64,000 nucleotides of DNA from the human T2T-CHM13v2.0 reference genome, Homo sapiens, in the NCBI RefSeq assembly GCF_009914755.1, contig NC_060928.1. The stretch is one strand, 5' to 3'. This document shows positions 52,553 to 64,000 of this stretch, one piece after another; the stretch's first letter is position 1; each line of letters opens with the position of its first letter. Both the position numbers and the translations under genes were made by a program. Below the pieces are notes generated by a model. It was given only the letters and a program-made list of their open reading frames with translations. It did no database searches and was not told the origin of the DNA.

Positions 52553-53715
52553 CATTAACTAGAGTGAGGTGAATAAGGCCTATTTTAGGCACAAAATGTA
52601 AAAGGGCTTCAAGGTCTCAGTAACTAGGATAAGTAATATTAAATGCAATATTTTAAACAAAATTAATGCAAAAACCCACAGTGAAAAAAAAATAAAATTT
52701 TAAGATAAATAGTATTGAGTGAATTCTTATAATTTCATGTTGCTTCAGTATCCATTTTGAATATAACTTTAACTTTCTCATACCAGAAGCAGGCTTAGTC
52801 ACCCTTGGTGCAGTATCCAGTTTTACAACTCCTCCTAGTTCCTTAAGGTGGTCAGTTCAGCTCTCTGGCTTATATAACTCGTGATAGTTACCTCTCCATG
52901 AGACAGCCAGATACAACTGACCTAATTAGCCCCACTGACCTCCACACCCCACATGGACTGTGCAGGTGTGCCACAGTGGCCACCTCTTAGTCACAGTGTG
53001 ACCCCCATGAAACTAGTGCCTGCTTGTACCACCAGTTAGACCTCCCCACAGGAAACCTGCTTGAGTAACTCCCAGGACCCAATAAAGAATTTGGCTTACA
53101 GGTCCCCTTCTCTCTCTCTTGCTCCCCACCTGCTGGCTGAATGCACGTGTCCTCAGTGGCTTCCCCCTTTCCAGTGACCCTGGGAGGCATACTGCCCCCT
53201 GCACTGTGGAATCTGTAAGTAATAAATATGTCTGTTATTTCATGCTCGGTGTTGTGCTGCCTCCTCCTGTGTCTCCCCTGACAGACAAACATGAGCCTAA
53301 CTTCTTTCCTGGTCAGGGCTCTCCTATGGAGTGGCTATCTTGGTAGGAATAAACTAAACACAGCTTAGACAAGAGCCACAGGGACATCTGTGAATAAAAG
53401 CAAGTTTTCTGTATGGGGAACACCTGGCCATGGCCGGACACTTAGGCATTAGGCAGTCTACCAGGATAAAGAAGTATCCCTTGAAAGGCATGCTGTAAAC
53501 ATCCAGAAACTGCCTTCCCTGGAGCCCTGTCGTCAGGGCAGGGCTAGAGTTTATAGCCACTCTCCAGGGAGAGACTTCAAGACCAAATTAGAAAGAATTT
53601 GTATCTTTAATATTTACAAAACACTATGTTACTGATTTTTTTCTTTTGCCTTGGGCATCAACATGGCTCAGCATAGCATTATTACTGAGTCTGTCTTTAT
53701 TGCAATAAAATGTTA
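52553..53715. mobile_element. MER96B-like hAT-Tip100 element split by an LTR (pieces ~52553-52720 and ~53620-53715)
   Basis: actagagtgaggtgaataaggc...ggcacaaaatgtaa...tcagtaactaggataagtaatattaaatgcaatatttt; ttactgattttttcttttgcc...tctgtctttatt. Confidence 0.6.
52760..53597 (+). mobile_element. MER54A-like ERVL LTR
   Basis: ccagaagcaggcttagtcaccc...ccccacatggactgtgcag...ccaataaag...gggcagggctagagtttatagccactctccag...caagaccaaattaga. Confidence 0.75.
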
Positions 53716-53717
53716 CT

Positions 53718-54025
53718 TATCCCTTCAACAAATGGTGCTGGGACGACTGCATATCCACATGCAAAAGAATGAAATTGGATCCCTGCCTCATGCCATACAC
53801 AAACATTAACTCAAGGTAGATCATAGACCTAAATGTAAGGGCTAAAACTGTTGAACTCATAGAAGGAAATGCCAGAGTAAAACGGTGTGGTCTAGGGTTT
53901 GGCAATGATTTCTTAGATATGACACTAAAACTGCAAGTGATGAAGGATAAGATTTTTAAGTTTTACTTTATCAAAATTAAAAATTGTGTGCCTCTAAGGA
54001 TATCATTAAGAAAATGAAAAACAAC
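53718..54025 (+). mobile_element. Old L1 ORF2 3' fragment
   Basis: ttcaacaaatggtgctgggac...tccacatgcaaaagaatgaaattggatccc (FNKWCW...CKRMKLDP). Confidence 0.88.
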
Positions 54026-54366
54026 CTATCACCCTTCTGCTCTATTCTATAGCCATCTATTGCTCTTAAAATAAACTCCAGTCCTCCTGCCATGACCTCC
54101 CAGTCCTGCAGAGGACCTCTGCCAACCTCTCCAGCTCCATCTCATCTTTTCTCTCTCTGTTTCTTGCTCCACCAGCTCAGCCACTTGGGTCTCCTTTGCC
54201 AAGGAGTGTCCTCCCTCTGGAACTCAATACCAGCTCTTTCTTCTTCTGGAATCTTCTCTCAGCTCTTTTAAGGTTAGTTCTTGCTTTTTCGCATTTCATT
54301 ACACTGTTACATTTTGTGAGACCTCTAAAGGGACCTTCCCTGCTTACAATCAATATCATCACTCAG

Positions 54367-55177
54367 TGCATTGGTTTTCTATTACTCCTGTAACAAAGTG
54401 ATACTCACATGGTGGCTGAAAACAATGCAGACTTAGCTGGATGTGATGGCTCATGCCTGTAATCCCAGCAACATGGGAGGCTGAGGTGGGAGCCTCGTTT
54501 AAGGCCAGGAGTTCAACATCAACCTGGGCAACATAGAGAGACTCCATTTCTAAAAAACAAAAATTAAAAAAAAAAACAGCCAGAGTAGCTGAGGCAGGAG
54601 GATCTCTGGAGCCCAGAAGTTTGAGGCTTCAATGAGCCAGATCGTGCCAATGCATTCCAGCCTGGGTGACAGAGCAAGACCCTGACTCAGGAAACACACG
54701 CATGCACGCACACACACACACATACACTTACTGTCTTCAGTTCTGTATGTTAGAAATCCAACATATGTCTCAGTGGGCTAAAATCAAGGTGTTACAGGGC
54801 TGCATTACTTTTCATAAAGGACATTTCATTTCCTTGCCCTTCCCAGCTTCTAGAGGTTGCCTGTATCCTTGGCTCATGGCCCCTTCCTCCGCCTTCTAAG
54901 CCAGCAAAATTGTATCTCCGACCATTCCTCTGTAGTCACTTTGTCCTTGGACTCTCCTCTTCTGCCTCCTTCCTTCACTTTTAAGCACACTTGTGACTAT
55001 CATGGGCCCACCCAGCCAACCCAGAATAATCTCTCTATCTTAGGGTCAGCTGATTAGCAACCTTAATTCCAGCTTCAACCTTATTTCTCCTTTGCTGCAT
55101 AACCTGACATATTCAGAGGTTCTAGGTATGAAGACATGGACATCTTTAGGGATGGAGGTGTTATTTTGCTTATCACA
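54367..55177 (-). mobile_element. MLT1D-like LTR interrupted by AluJ
   Basis: ttttctatt...tgtaacaaa; gggctaaaatcaaggtgt...ttccttgcccttcccagcttctagaggttgcc...tcagctgattagcaaccttaattcc...gacatggacatcttt. Confidence 0.85.
54435..54720 (+). mobile_element. AluJ with internal deletion; tail converted to (CA)n
   Basis: gctcatgcctgtaatcccagca...ggccaggagttcaa...cctgggcaacatag; start of the right arm missing. Confidence 0.9.
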
Positions 55178-56699
55178 TCTGGCTTCAATTCTTCCTTAGC
55201 ATGTCTGTGACCTTAATCATTCTGTTGGTTAATTGTTTGTCTTACCTGCTAGGATGTAAGATCCTGGGAATCTTCAGCCTGCTATCATAGGTAAAATCTT
55301 GAGTGTAGATAGGAATGTGAAAAATAGTGTTTCTCAAGCATGTCTGTCCATCAGGGGCTATTCATTTGTTCATGCACTTCATAATGTTTATTAAGCACCT
55401 ACCTAGAACCAGACACAGTTCGACTCAGGATGCGTCAGTGAACAAGACAGACCCCAAACACTACCCTCATGGAGCTTACATCTTTGGTAGAGCTTTAAAT
55501 AATATAGAGGTCTGGGCTCCACCAGCCGCTCCAGAAGCCAAGCCACTTGGGTGAAGAACAGCTAATCATTAAATGGCAAGTTAGAATCATTTGAATTATT
55601 TTTCCCCACACCTTGGACTATTATTCCAGAGGGAGGGTTTTATTGGAACAGAGCTTCTAAAACCATCTTTGATAAAGGGAAAATTGTTTTCTAATTCCAA
55701 ACCATTGTGGATTGAAACTTTTGTAAAATACAGTAAAAACAAATTACTAGAGAAATCTAATATTGCTTGGTTATCATGGCAGGGTTAAACACCTATAAAA
55801 GTTCTTAAACACTCTCAATTTCTACGCTAATCTCATGATAGATGGATGACAGACAGTTCTCAGAACAGCTCAAGTCCTGAGTCTCTGACTTAGTTTTAAT
55901 TTTTTCATCTGTGAAATGGACATAATTTTATATATGGAGAGTTATTAGAAGGATACAATTGGGTAATATAAATAAATCACCAAAGTCAGCATTGGCTTAG
56001 TAACTGGTAACTATTAATGTCCATAGATGTTATGCTTCAATAATTCTAAATAATACTTTAATACTCAATTGTTGGTGTCAGAAAATTCAAACAAGGGTGG
56101 GGGGTATCCTCCAAGTCAGTCAGAAGGAGGCATCATGCTAGGTTGTCATAAAAACAATGTAGATTTTAAATATCTGTGTTTGGGATTTGTTTTTGATTAT
56201 AAACAGAAACACAGGGAAAACATGCATCTGAGTACTGTTGATGAATAATAATCACTGAGAAACCCCATTTGCCTTTTAAACTCCAACCAGATGTTACCCT
56301 TCCCCACTGCAAACCAAGCCCACCCTCGGGCCCATTAAACAAAATGCTGGCTGTCACTGACTGACAAGGTCTGAGGATTGGCTCTTGTTAAATAGCCACA
56401 AGGTCATGGGGATTAAACATTCTCCAGGCAGTCACAGGAAAAGTAGAATGTCAGCGCTGCCTTTTCTCTGTGAAGATGGCTCAGTGACATTTTCAGAAAG
56501 GAAGGACTACTGCTACCTGTCAGCACTCAATGGAGAACACAAGGTTAGATGCAAAGCAGGAAGGTTACTCACCACCGGGAGATTGGCGGCGCAGCTGCAG
56601 CTTCCTTCTGAGATGCAGTGCTAATGGGGCAGACCTGGAGAACTCCTTCAAGGACTGGGAAGTGGAGACCAAGCCCAAAATGAGAAGCAACGTGGCACG

Positions 56700-56890
56700 A
56701 GGGAGAGCGCAAAAGCTTTGGCAGTAGACAGTTCTGGGTTTAAATCTCAGCCCTAGTATTTGCTGATCCTGTGACCTTAGGCGTGTCACATAATCTCTCA
56801 GACAGCAGAACCACTCTTGAAGGACTGTCATGGGTGTTAGTGATATTGTGTGCGAATGCCTGGCACACATTGAGTGATCGCTGAGATTTA
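56700..56890 (+). mobile_element. MIR
   Basis: gacagttctgggtttaaatctcagccct...tgtgaccttaggc...tgcctggcacacattgagtg. Confidence 0.75.
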
Positions 56891-57429
56891 GTGACTGCCA
56901 GCTTGTCTCAGGTGCCCAAACAACAAGATCCAGTGAAAATGCACATATCCTCCTTTGCCTGTATACCACATCGTTTTTAACCTTTGTACATGAATGACTC
57001 TAGTTAACGCTCATGCATTACAGATACAATCAGTTCTCTCCACCACACACACTGACTGTTTTGTTCCATTATTATCTAGCTACAAAATAATAATCTTTAA
57101 CAAGAAATCCAAATAAGTAAGAGTGTGTGTGTTTGTGTGTTTGTGTGTGCGGGAGCGCACATGGGAGTTTTTACTGAAGATTTGTAGCATCATTGAAGAA
57201 GGTTCTCTCTGTGCCATGCTCCTCATTCTACTAAAGACCCTTGTCTGGCACTTTTTATTTCCGGAGTATTTACTCTATCCACTAGGCTAAGATGGAATTA
57301 GAAAGTCCAAGTCTTTTTTTCAAGAAGAAAAATGTGGAATAAAAATTATGCAAGTTTCCTAGACTCAACTGAATGTTAAAAATGGACAATGATTCTTGCA
57401 GAAAGGAAATAATCTAATTGGACTGAAAG

Positions 57430-57797
57430 TATACTCAGCCATAAAAAACATTAAAATCACATTTTTTTGCAGCAATATGGATGAAGCTGGAGGCCATTAT
57501 CCTAAGAAAATTAATGCAGAAACAGAAAACCAAATATCACATGTCCTTGCTTGTAAGTGGGAGCTAAACACTGAGTACACATAGACACAAAGAGGGGAAC
57601 GGTAGATACTGTGGCTTACTTGAAGGTGGAAAATGGGAGGAAGGTGAGGATCAGAAAACTACCTATTAGTTTCTATGCTTATTATCTGGATAATGAAATA
57701 ATCTGTATAACAAACCCCAGTGACATGTAATTTATCCATGTAACAAACCTGTACATGTACCCTCTGAATCTAAAGTAAAAGTTAGAATTTAAAAAAG
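57430..57797 (+). mobile_element. L1PA15-17-type 3' end
   Basis: tactcagccataaaaaac...ctggaggccattatcctaag...taagtgggagctaaaca...taacaaacctgtacatgtaccctctgaatctaaa. Confidence 0.88.
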
Positions 57798-57799
57798 AA

Positions 57800-58085
57800 T
57801 GCAAAAATCACAACCTTAAACACAGGGCATCACAGCCTTACACTAAAACTACTTCTACAAGGACATCTGCCCAATAACTGCCTGTTCAACCCTGGACTGG
57901 CATCAACCTTGTTATTTCTCTCTGTAGCCATGGATAATTATTTCAAAATGATTATGCTGCATTTTTTTTTCTTTTAAAACCTTTGTCTTCCTTTATCTCC
58001 CTAAAACACACATGCTTTAGCATGGCATATGTATTCCCATTGAATTGCTTTATTTCCAAATAAATATATTTTCTTTAAAAAAATT
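57800..58085 (+). mobile_element. ERV1 LTR fragment (MER39/MER34 group)
   Basis: acttctacaaggacatctgccca...ggactggcatcaaccttgtt...aaaacctttgtcttcctttatctccct...ccaaataaat. Confidence 0.65.
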
Positions 58086-58432
58086 TGTTTACAGAGGTGG
58101 AGTGCTCTGAATTGCCTTCTCTGTGGTGATGAGGGTGGAAGGATTCAAGATATTTATGACCCAGTGAGTTAATCAAAGCACATGGTTAGCTGGGTCATCA
58201 GCTTATGAAAAAGGTATCAGGAAAATTAAATTGGACTCTTCTCTGTGCTCTACCGCATGTCGGAGGTTAGATAAGGACTTTCTGAACTCTCAGAGATACC
58301 AATTAAAAAAATAAACCTGGGTCTGTTTTTGCTGGCTTGTAGTCTGACATTTCAACCTGAGGACTGTGATAGTTCCAGTATTTGTGAAACATAGTCTGAA
58401 GCGTTAAAGTCATTGGCACATCTGTTGGAGTA

Positions 58433-59259
58433 TGTTATGCTTTGGCTCTGTGACTCCACCCAAATCTTATCTCAAATTGTAATCCCCGCCTGTTGAAGGA
58501 GGGAGGCGACTGGATTATAGGGGCGGTTTCCCCCATGCTGTTCTCATGATGGTGTGAGTTCTCATAAGAGCTGATGGTTTTTTGTGTTTGGAAGTTCCTC
58601 CTTCTCTCTTCTCTCTCCTGCCACCTTGTGAAGAAGGTGACTGTTTCTCCTTCCGCCATGATTGTAAGTTTCCCAAGGCTTCTCCAGCCATGTGGAATTG
58701 TGAGTTAGTTAAACCTCTTTCCTTTATGAATTACCTAGTCTCAGGCATTTCATAATTGCAGTGTGAAAATGGACTAATACAGTGAATTTATACCGGGAGA
58801 GGGGCACTTCTATAAAGACAACCTGAAAATGTGGAAGCAACTTTGGAACTGGTTAATGAGCAGAGGTTAGAACAGTTTGCAGGTCTCAGAGGAAGGCAGA
58901 AGATGTGGGAAAGTTTGGAACTTCCTGGAGACTTGTTGAATGGTTTTGATCAAAATGCTGATAGTGATGTGGACAATGAAGTCCAAGCTGAGGGGGTCTC
59001 AGATGGAGATGAAAAACTTCTTGGGAACTGGAGCATAAGTCGCTGTTGCTATGCTCTAGCAGATACTGGCGCCATTTTGCCCCCACCCTAGAGATCTGTG
59101 GAACTTTGAACTTGAAAATGATGATCTGAAATTGGAACTTATGTTTAAAAGGGAAGCAGAACATAAAATTTTAGAAAGTTTGCAGCCTGTGAGTCTTTCC
59201 TTTATAAATTACTGAGCCTTGGGTATTTCTTTATAGTAGTGTGAAAATGGACTAATACA
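58433..59259 (+). mobile_element. Internally deleted THE1D/MSTA-like MaLR (5'LTR 58433-58781, internal 58782-~59189, 3'LTR tail ~59187-59259)
   Basis: LTR ending gtgtgaaaatggactaataca occurs twice; internal sequence is homologous to the THE1A internal at 40374 onward. Confidence 0.85.
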
Positions 59260-59857
59260 GAGCTGCCATATTCATAGATTCTGAGAGGCCATATATAAGA
59301 CATAACATTCTTCTCCTGGCCTCCAAGAAAGAAAATAAAAATAAGGCATTGCCAATTAATATTAACTCATTATCAGTTGCAAGGTGAATCTGAACTGTAG
59401 AGACATCAAAATGTGAAAAACATGCATCTTGGACTGGATGAATGACTGTAGTGTTAGCTTATACATTGCCACTTAAGCTATGAAAAGAACTCACTAAAAA
59501 CTTACTTGAATGTAACCTCTCTGTTAAAATTTTGTAGATTCCATTTAGTTCCTTAGGTCTACGTTTTTACCCACTCTGTAGCAAGTTGCAGGCAGATGGA
59601 AGCAGTGACTCTACTAGTTTGAATCTAAATGTTAGAAGAGGTGTCATTCACTGAATGCCCATTGCCTGTGGGATTCCCTTCTCTCTCTTCTCCAACTAGA
59701 GCAAAGCCTCAATCCCTCTGCTTCCTGGGTTTTCTTTGGGAGAACTGCAAATTCTTCAATTCTTTATTAAGCAGAGCCTTCTCATATTGTGTTTCCAGAT
59801 TTCCAGAGCCAAGAACGAGCAGTTCAACAAAACAAAATTCCCCCATCTAGAAAAATT

Positions 59858-60027
59858 TCCCTTCCTTCCTTCCTCTCTTCCTCATTTCCTTCCTTCCTTC
59901 CTTCCTTGCTTCCTTCCTTCCTTCCCTTTCTCCCTCCCTTCCTCCATTCCCATCTCTCTCCCTCCCTCCTTCCCTCCCTCCCTCCTTTCTTCCTTTCTTC
60001 TCTCTCTTTTTCTGTTTTTCTATTTTT
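59858..60027. repeat. (TTCC)n/(CCCT)n polypyrimidine simple repeat
   Basis: About 170 bp CT-rich tract. Confidence 0.92.
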
Positions 60028-62239
60028 AAAAAGCCTATTTTCTTTTGAAGGCAGCACAGCAAGCATCTATTTTTAATTGTGCATGATCCTTGGGGCCTCA
60101 TGCTTTAGCTGAAATATCTGATCTGCAATTTCTTCTAAAGCAAAAATTCAGAGCCTTTCACAAAGGAGATTTAGCTGAGCTGCTAAGACAACTTTTCCCT
60201 GATGTTACTGTCTATGTGTATGAATGCTGTGTATATATGCGTATAACACTACAATTATCAGAGAGGTCATCTATGCTCTCCTGGGGCTGAAAAGGCAAGG
60301 CTTTCCTGTATGTAGTGAGGAGAATTGTGTCTGAGGAGTAAGATCCTTGGTTGTTTTAAACTCCTTTTCTAAGCCAAATAGAAGATGCTTGCCTGGAAGA
60401 CAGAAACTGGACTATAATGGGAGGTCCTTAAGTCCGGTAGAAGATTTGAATTTGGGCAATTTTTGGCTTGACATCCTACTTGATAAATGCCACTAGCAGC
60501 TAACATGAATTAAGTACTTTCTGTGTGGGAGGCTTTGTGTTATGCAGGTAGAAGCAAATTTATATGTCACAAACCAGAAAATGGAGGCTCAAGGTCGTTA
60601 AGTAACTTTTCTCATGTGGAGAGAAATAATTATGATGATGATGACAGTGATCATTTTGGTCTTTGAAGACAGTTCTCTCATAATATAGTTTGGGTAGCTA
60701 AGAAGGCTTGGGACTCTTGGAAGGTTGTTGTGAAACAAATTTTGGCCCAATCCCAGAATAATAAACTACTTCAGGAGACCTGTGCAGCAAATTGAATCTC
60801 AGTGGTAATAGCTGCAGAGTGGAGAGGCTGCCCTGGCTTTCTCCCTGCTCTGGGAACTGTGAGTTGGAGAGAATCACATTGACTTTCTCATGAACATTTT
60901 TAACACTTTAAATTTCACTTTCTCCTGCACAGCCTAGCATACAACACACATAAATCCTTTCTTTTCTTTCACAACTATGGCATATCTTATAATTTAGCAA
61001 CTGTAAAAATGAATAAGTACAATTAACAATGCAGAGCGAAAGACAGTAAGCTTATAACTGGTTATAAGTCAATTGAAACTCATTATTAAGGAACAAAATG
61101 ATCCTAATTAATATCCCAGTTTTCTGGTCTCTCCATAAATCAGTAGGCCATTGCCTAGCTAGCTACTTTGCATTTGCAGTTTTTAATATCATGACTTGAT
61201 TCAGGGCTAGTTGGAGTCCCCTTTGTTCTTTCTTGACCTTTGTCTTCACATTGACATTAGTCAAGGGATTCTGTGGTGTGGCAGAAAAAGAGTAATGGGA
61301 CAAAGTCAGACCCTTTGTCCTGGCTGAGCCCCTGCTGCAGACATCCATGTGGCCTTTGGGATCAGTCTTGGGAACTGACAGGGTCTGATGGCCAGGGGGC
61401 TTTGGGAATAAGAATGAGGAGGAGTAGAGCTTGACTTTGACCTGGGAAAATAGGCTGTAGGTGGGCTTTTTAAAGAGCTGACAAAGGAGGAGCAGCAGAT
61501 TTGGGGCCAAAAAAAAATCACAATTTTGGGTTTCAGAACCTGAAGTTTCTGCAATTTTCATGTGCAAATGGATAATCAGCACTGGATCTTGGGAGACGTG
61601 TTTAGCAGGGCTCTTGGAGACAGATGAGGAAGAAAAGGTGATCTTGATAGAAGTTCCTGCTTAAGGCCTCTTACGGTCTCATGCTGAAGCTGGATACATC
61701 ACTTAAAAGGCTGAATAGTGTCACCTTCTGCAGTCACCATTGCCTTCCAGAAAAGACTAAAATACACATTCAGCACAATAGCCCAAGTCTTGTCCCCAAG
61801 GATCTACATGTTGTACTACCCGCTTTTCTCCTGTCAGGGAAGATGGCCTGTTTGCTTAATCAGGAAATCTGTACCATTCGCTCATTTGCCTATAGACACT
61901 AAGCTTCAGGTAAGATGTTGCTATCTCTCTGATGTTTCTGTTACTTCTAAATATACCCAGCTATTGAAATGTGTGCCTATGGGGAAAACATGTGGGTTAA
62001 GAAGCACATATTATAGAAGACAAGCGTAAAGTCCAAAATGACTTAAGACAAAGTCGGGCAATTGATTTACGATTTGTCTGAATTGTGTGTTAAGAGACTT
62101 AATAAGAACGTCAAACAGCTTAAAGGTGAAAGGGCTTTAGAAAAAGGCGAGGGCTGCCTTGCCTCCCCCAGCAATGCTGGTCTCACAGCTGTCTCCTACT
62201 GACTTCCCCACCTTTGGTAAAGACTTCATCATGATCATT

Positions 62240-62440
62240 AATGCCAGTAATGCCTTACACTTACAAAGCACTTCCTGTGATTTCCATGATTACATATTCC
62301 ATAACAGTCATGGTAAGAAGACCTGGCAGGTCATTATTAATCTCATTTTACAGAGGGAGAAATTGAGGCCCAGAGAGATTCAGTGTTGCCCAAGGACAGG
62401 CATTTAGTAAGTGGCAAAACTGATATCAGTATTGTGACAC
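62240..62440 (-). mobile_element. MIR
   Basis: tctcattttacagagggagaaattgaggcccagagag...ttgcccaaggacagg...ttagtaagtggca. Confidence 0.8.
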
Positions 62441-62539
62441 CCCCTCCTCTGTACCCCAGGGCTGTTTTCCAAATTTGGGCCACATTCTTTCTTATTTGGA
62501 TCATTATAATAGCTAGCTAAATGTGTCCCCATTTCTAGT

Positions 62540-63112
62540 CTTTTTCCTGTTTAATTTTTGATTTACACTGTAGTAGAATCGTCCTCCCATAACAAGGCTT
62601 AAATCATGTCTACTTTCGTCTTTAAAAATCTTTAATGTCTCTCTCCATAGCCTATCCACAAAAGCCCAACATCCTTCCAGTATGCTCAGGGCCTGTGATA
62701 CTCTGTCTCAGACAGTGCACCCTGAATATTTTAGCACTGTTCTACCCGTCATTAGCCAGATCTACCCTCTACCTTCTCACATCTCCATGCATTTGCTTAT
62801 GCTTTTCTTCATGAAGCACTTTTCCTTTGTTCATCCATTATTTAAACCCTGCTCATCCTTCAAGGCTCACTTCAAATGCCCTTTGTTTCACAGAATCGTC
62901 CCAGATGGCTGCAGCCAAAATCAACAGCCCTTTTCTTTATTGCTGTACATCCTTATAGAACTTGTTTTACTATATTTTGTGTTACAGTTCAAGTGCCCAG
63001 GCCTGAACCACCCATCCTACACTTTCAGGTCTTTGAAGGATGTCAGGAGTTTTGCCTTATTCTTCATTTTCACTCATGGTACATACTGAGCAAACATTTA
63101 TTTAATGAATAA
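62540..63112 (+). mobile_element. L2 3' fragment
   Basis: ctcatccttcaaggctcacttcaaatgcc...tatttaatgaataa. Confidence 0.6.
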
Positions 63113-63175
63113 ACTTGTTAAAAGGAAACATATTTAGTGTTTCTAGAAAAGCAGACCATTTGGGCTCTACAGAAC

Positions 63176-63359
63176 AGTGATTCTCCAAATTACTTGTGTC
63201 CTTCAGGCATCTTTCTGGCTAGCTACATAAAAATTATCCGGACCACTTGTTGAAAATACTGAGTCCTGGGCTCTAACTCCAGAACTTTTTGTCTGGGAAT
63301 ATGAAACTTAGCACATTTCCCAGGTGAATTGTATGCTAACCCATGCTTAGGAACCACTG
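63176..63359. mobile_element. MER5A/B MITE
   Basis: cagtgattctccaa...ttgttgaaaatactgagtcctgggc...cccaggtgaatt...ttaggaaccactg. Confidence 0.6.
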
Positions 63360-63382
63360 GTGTAAAATACTGTGAACCTCAA

Positions 63383-63845
63383 AAAAATTTGTTTAAATTT
63401 ACAGAGATACCTGTATATATATTAATTTAAAAATTTGTTTAAATTTACAGGGAAACCTGTATATATGGAACAACACGATGTTTTGAAATATATGTACATT
63501 GTGGAAACAGTTAAATCTAGCTAATTCACAAATACATGATCTCACATAGTTTTTTTTTGTGTGGTGAGAACATTTAACATCCACTATCTTTGCATTTAAA
63601 AGAATACAATATATTGTCATTCAATATAGTCACATGCCGTACAATGTATCTTTTGAACTTATTCCTTTTATCTATAATTACATATCCTTTGGCCAACATC
63701 TCATCTCCCTTCTGCCCTAACCACCTCAGACTCTCATAACCACTCTCCTACTCCCTACTTCTATGAGGTCAACATTTTTAGGTTCCACATAAATGAGATC
63801 ATATAGTAGTGTTTTTTTTTTTTTTTTTTGCACCTGACTTATGGA
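63383..63845 (-). mobile_element. L1MA-type 3' end (reverse)
   Basis: tatatgtacattgtggaa...gtggtgagaacatttaacatccactatc...accactctcctactccctacttctatgaggtcaac...ttccacataaatgagatcat. Confidence 0.85.
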
Positions 63846-64000
63846 TGTTTTGATCTATAAAATCAGTCAAGTTGGCTGAAGTTGGGCTAAATTCACTCAT
63901 GACACAGGGGACTCCTATTTTTAAATACTTCCCTTTGTCACAAATTTCTCAGGCTTACAAGTGAATTTCAGGAGTGTTTTGTGTCACTGCAGGAAGCATA

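Noticed and set aside
58782-59189. Apparent segmental duplication of 40374-40845
   Set aside because: The similarity is explained by two independent MaLR (THE1/MST) internal regions with different LTR subtypes and flanks.

Overview
This is a primate (human or great-ape-like) genomic window with no recognisable host protein-coding exon, RNA gene or CpG island other than the L1 5'UTR. It looks intergenic or deep-intronic and is dominated by interspersed repeats. The largest is a near-full-length but dead L1PA2/late-L1PA3 LINE-1 (14798-20396, 14-bp TSD) with a ~455-bp microhomology-flanked ORF1 deletion and an open antisense ORF0. Other elements are a complete THE1A MaLR provirus (40019-42301, 5-bp TSD), an internally deleted THE1D/MSTA-like MaLR, and a MER41B solo LTR that keeps tandem GAS (STAT1) motifs but has an AT-rich array in place of its R region. 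There are also 8 Alus, many old LTRs (MLT1, MLT2, MSTD, LTR33, LTR40, MER54, MER74, MER93, MER39), hAT DNA transposon relics, and abundant MIR, L2 and CR1 fragments. Almost all ORFs in the track are repeat-derived or spurious. I found no convincing new biological system. The most unusual non-repeat structure is a 54-bp local duplication (12145/13322) with a patchwork junction resembling a templated-insertion repair scar. Subfamily names come from recalled consensus sequences, not from a search, and boundaries of old repeats are approximate.
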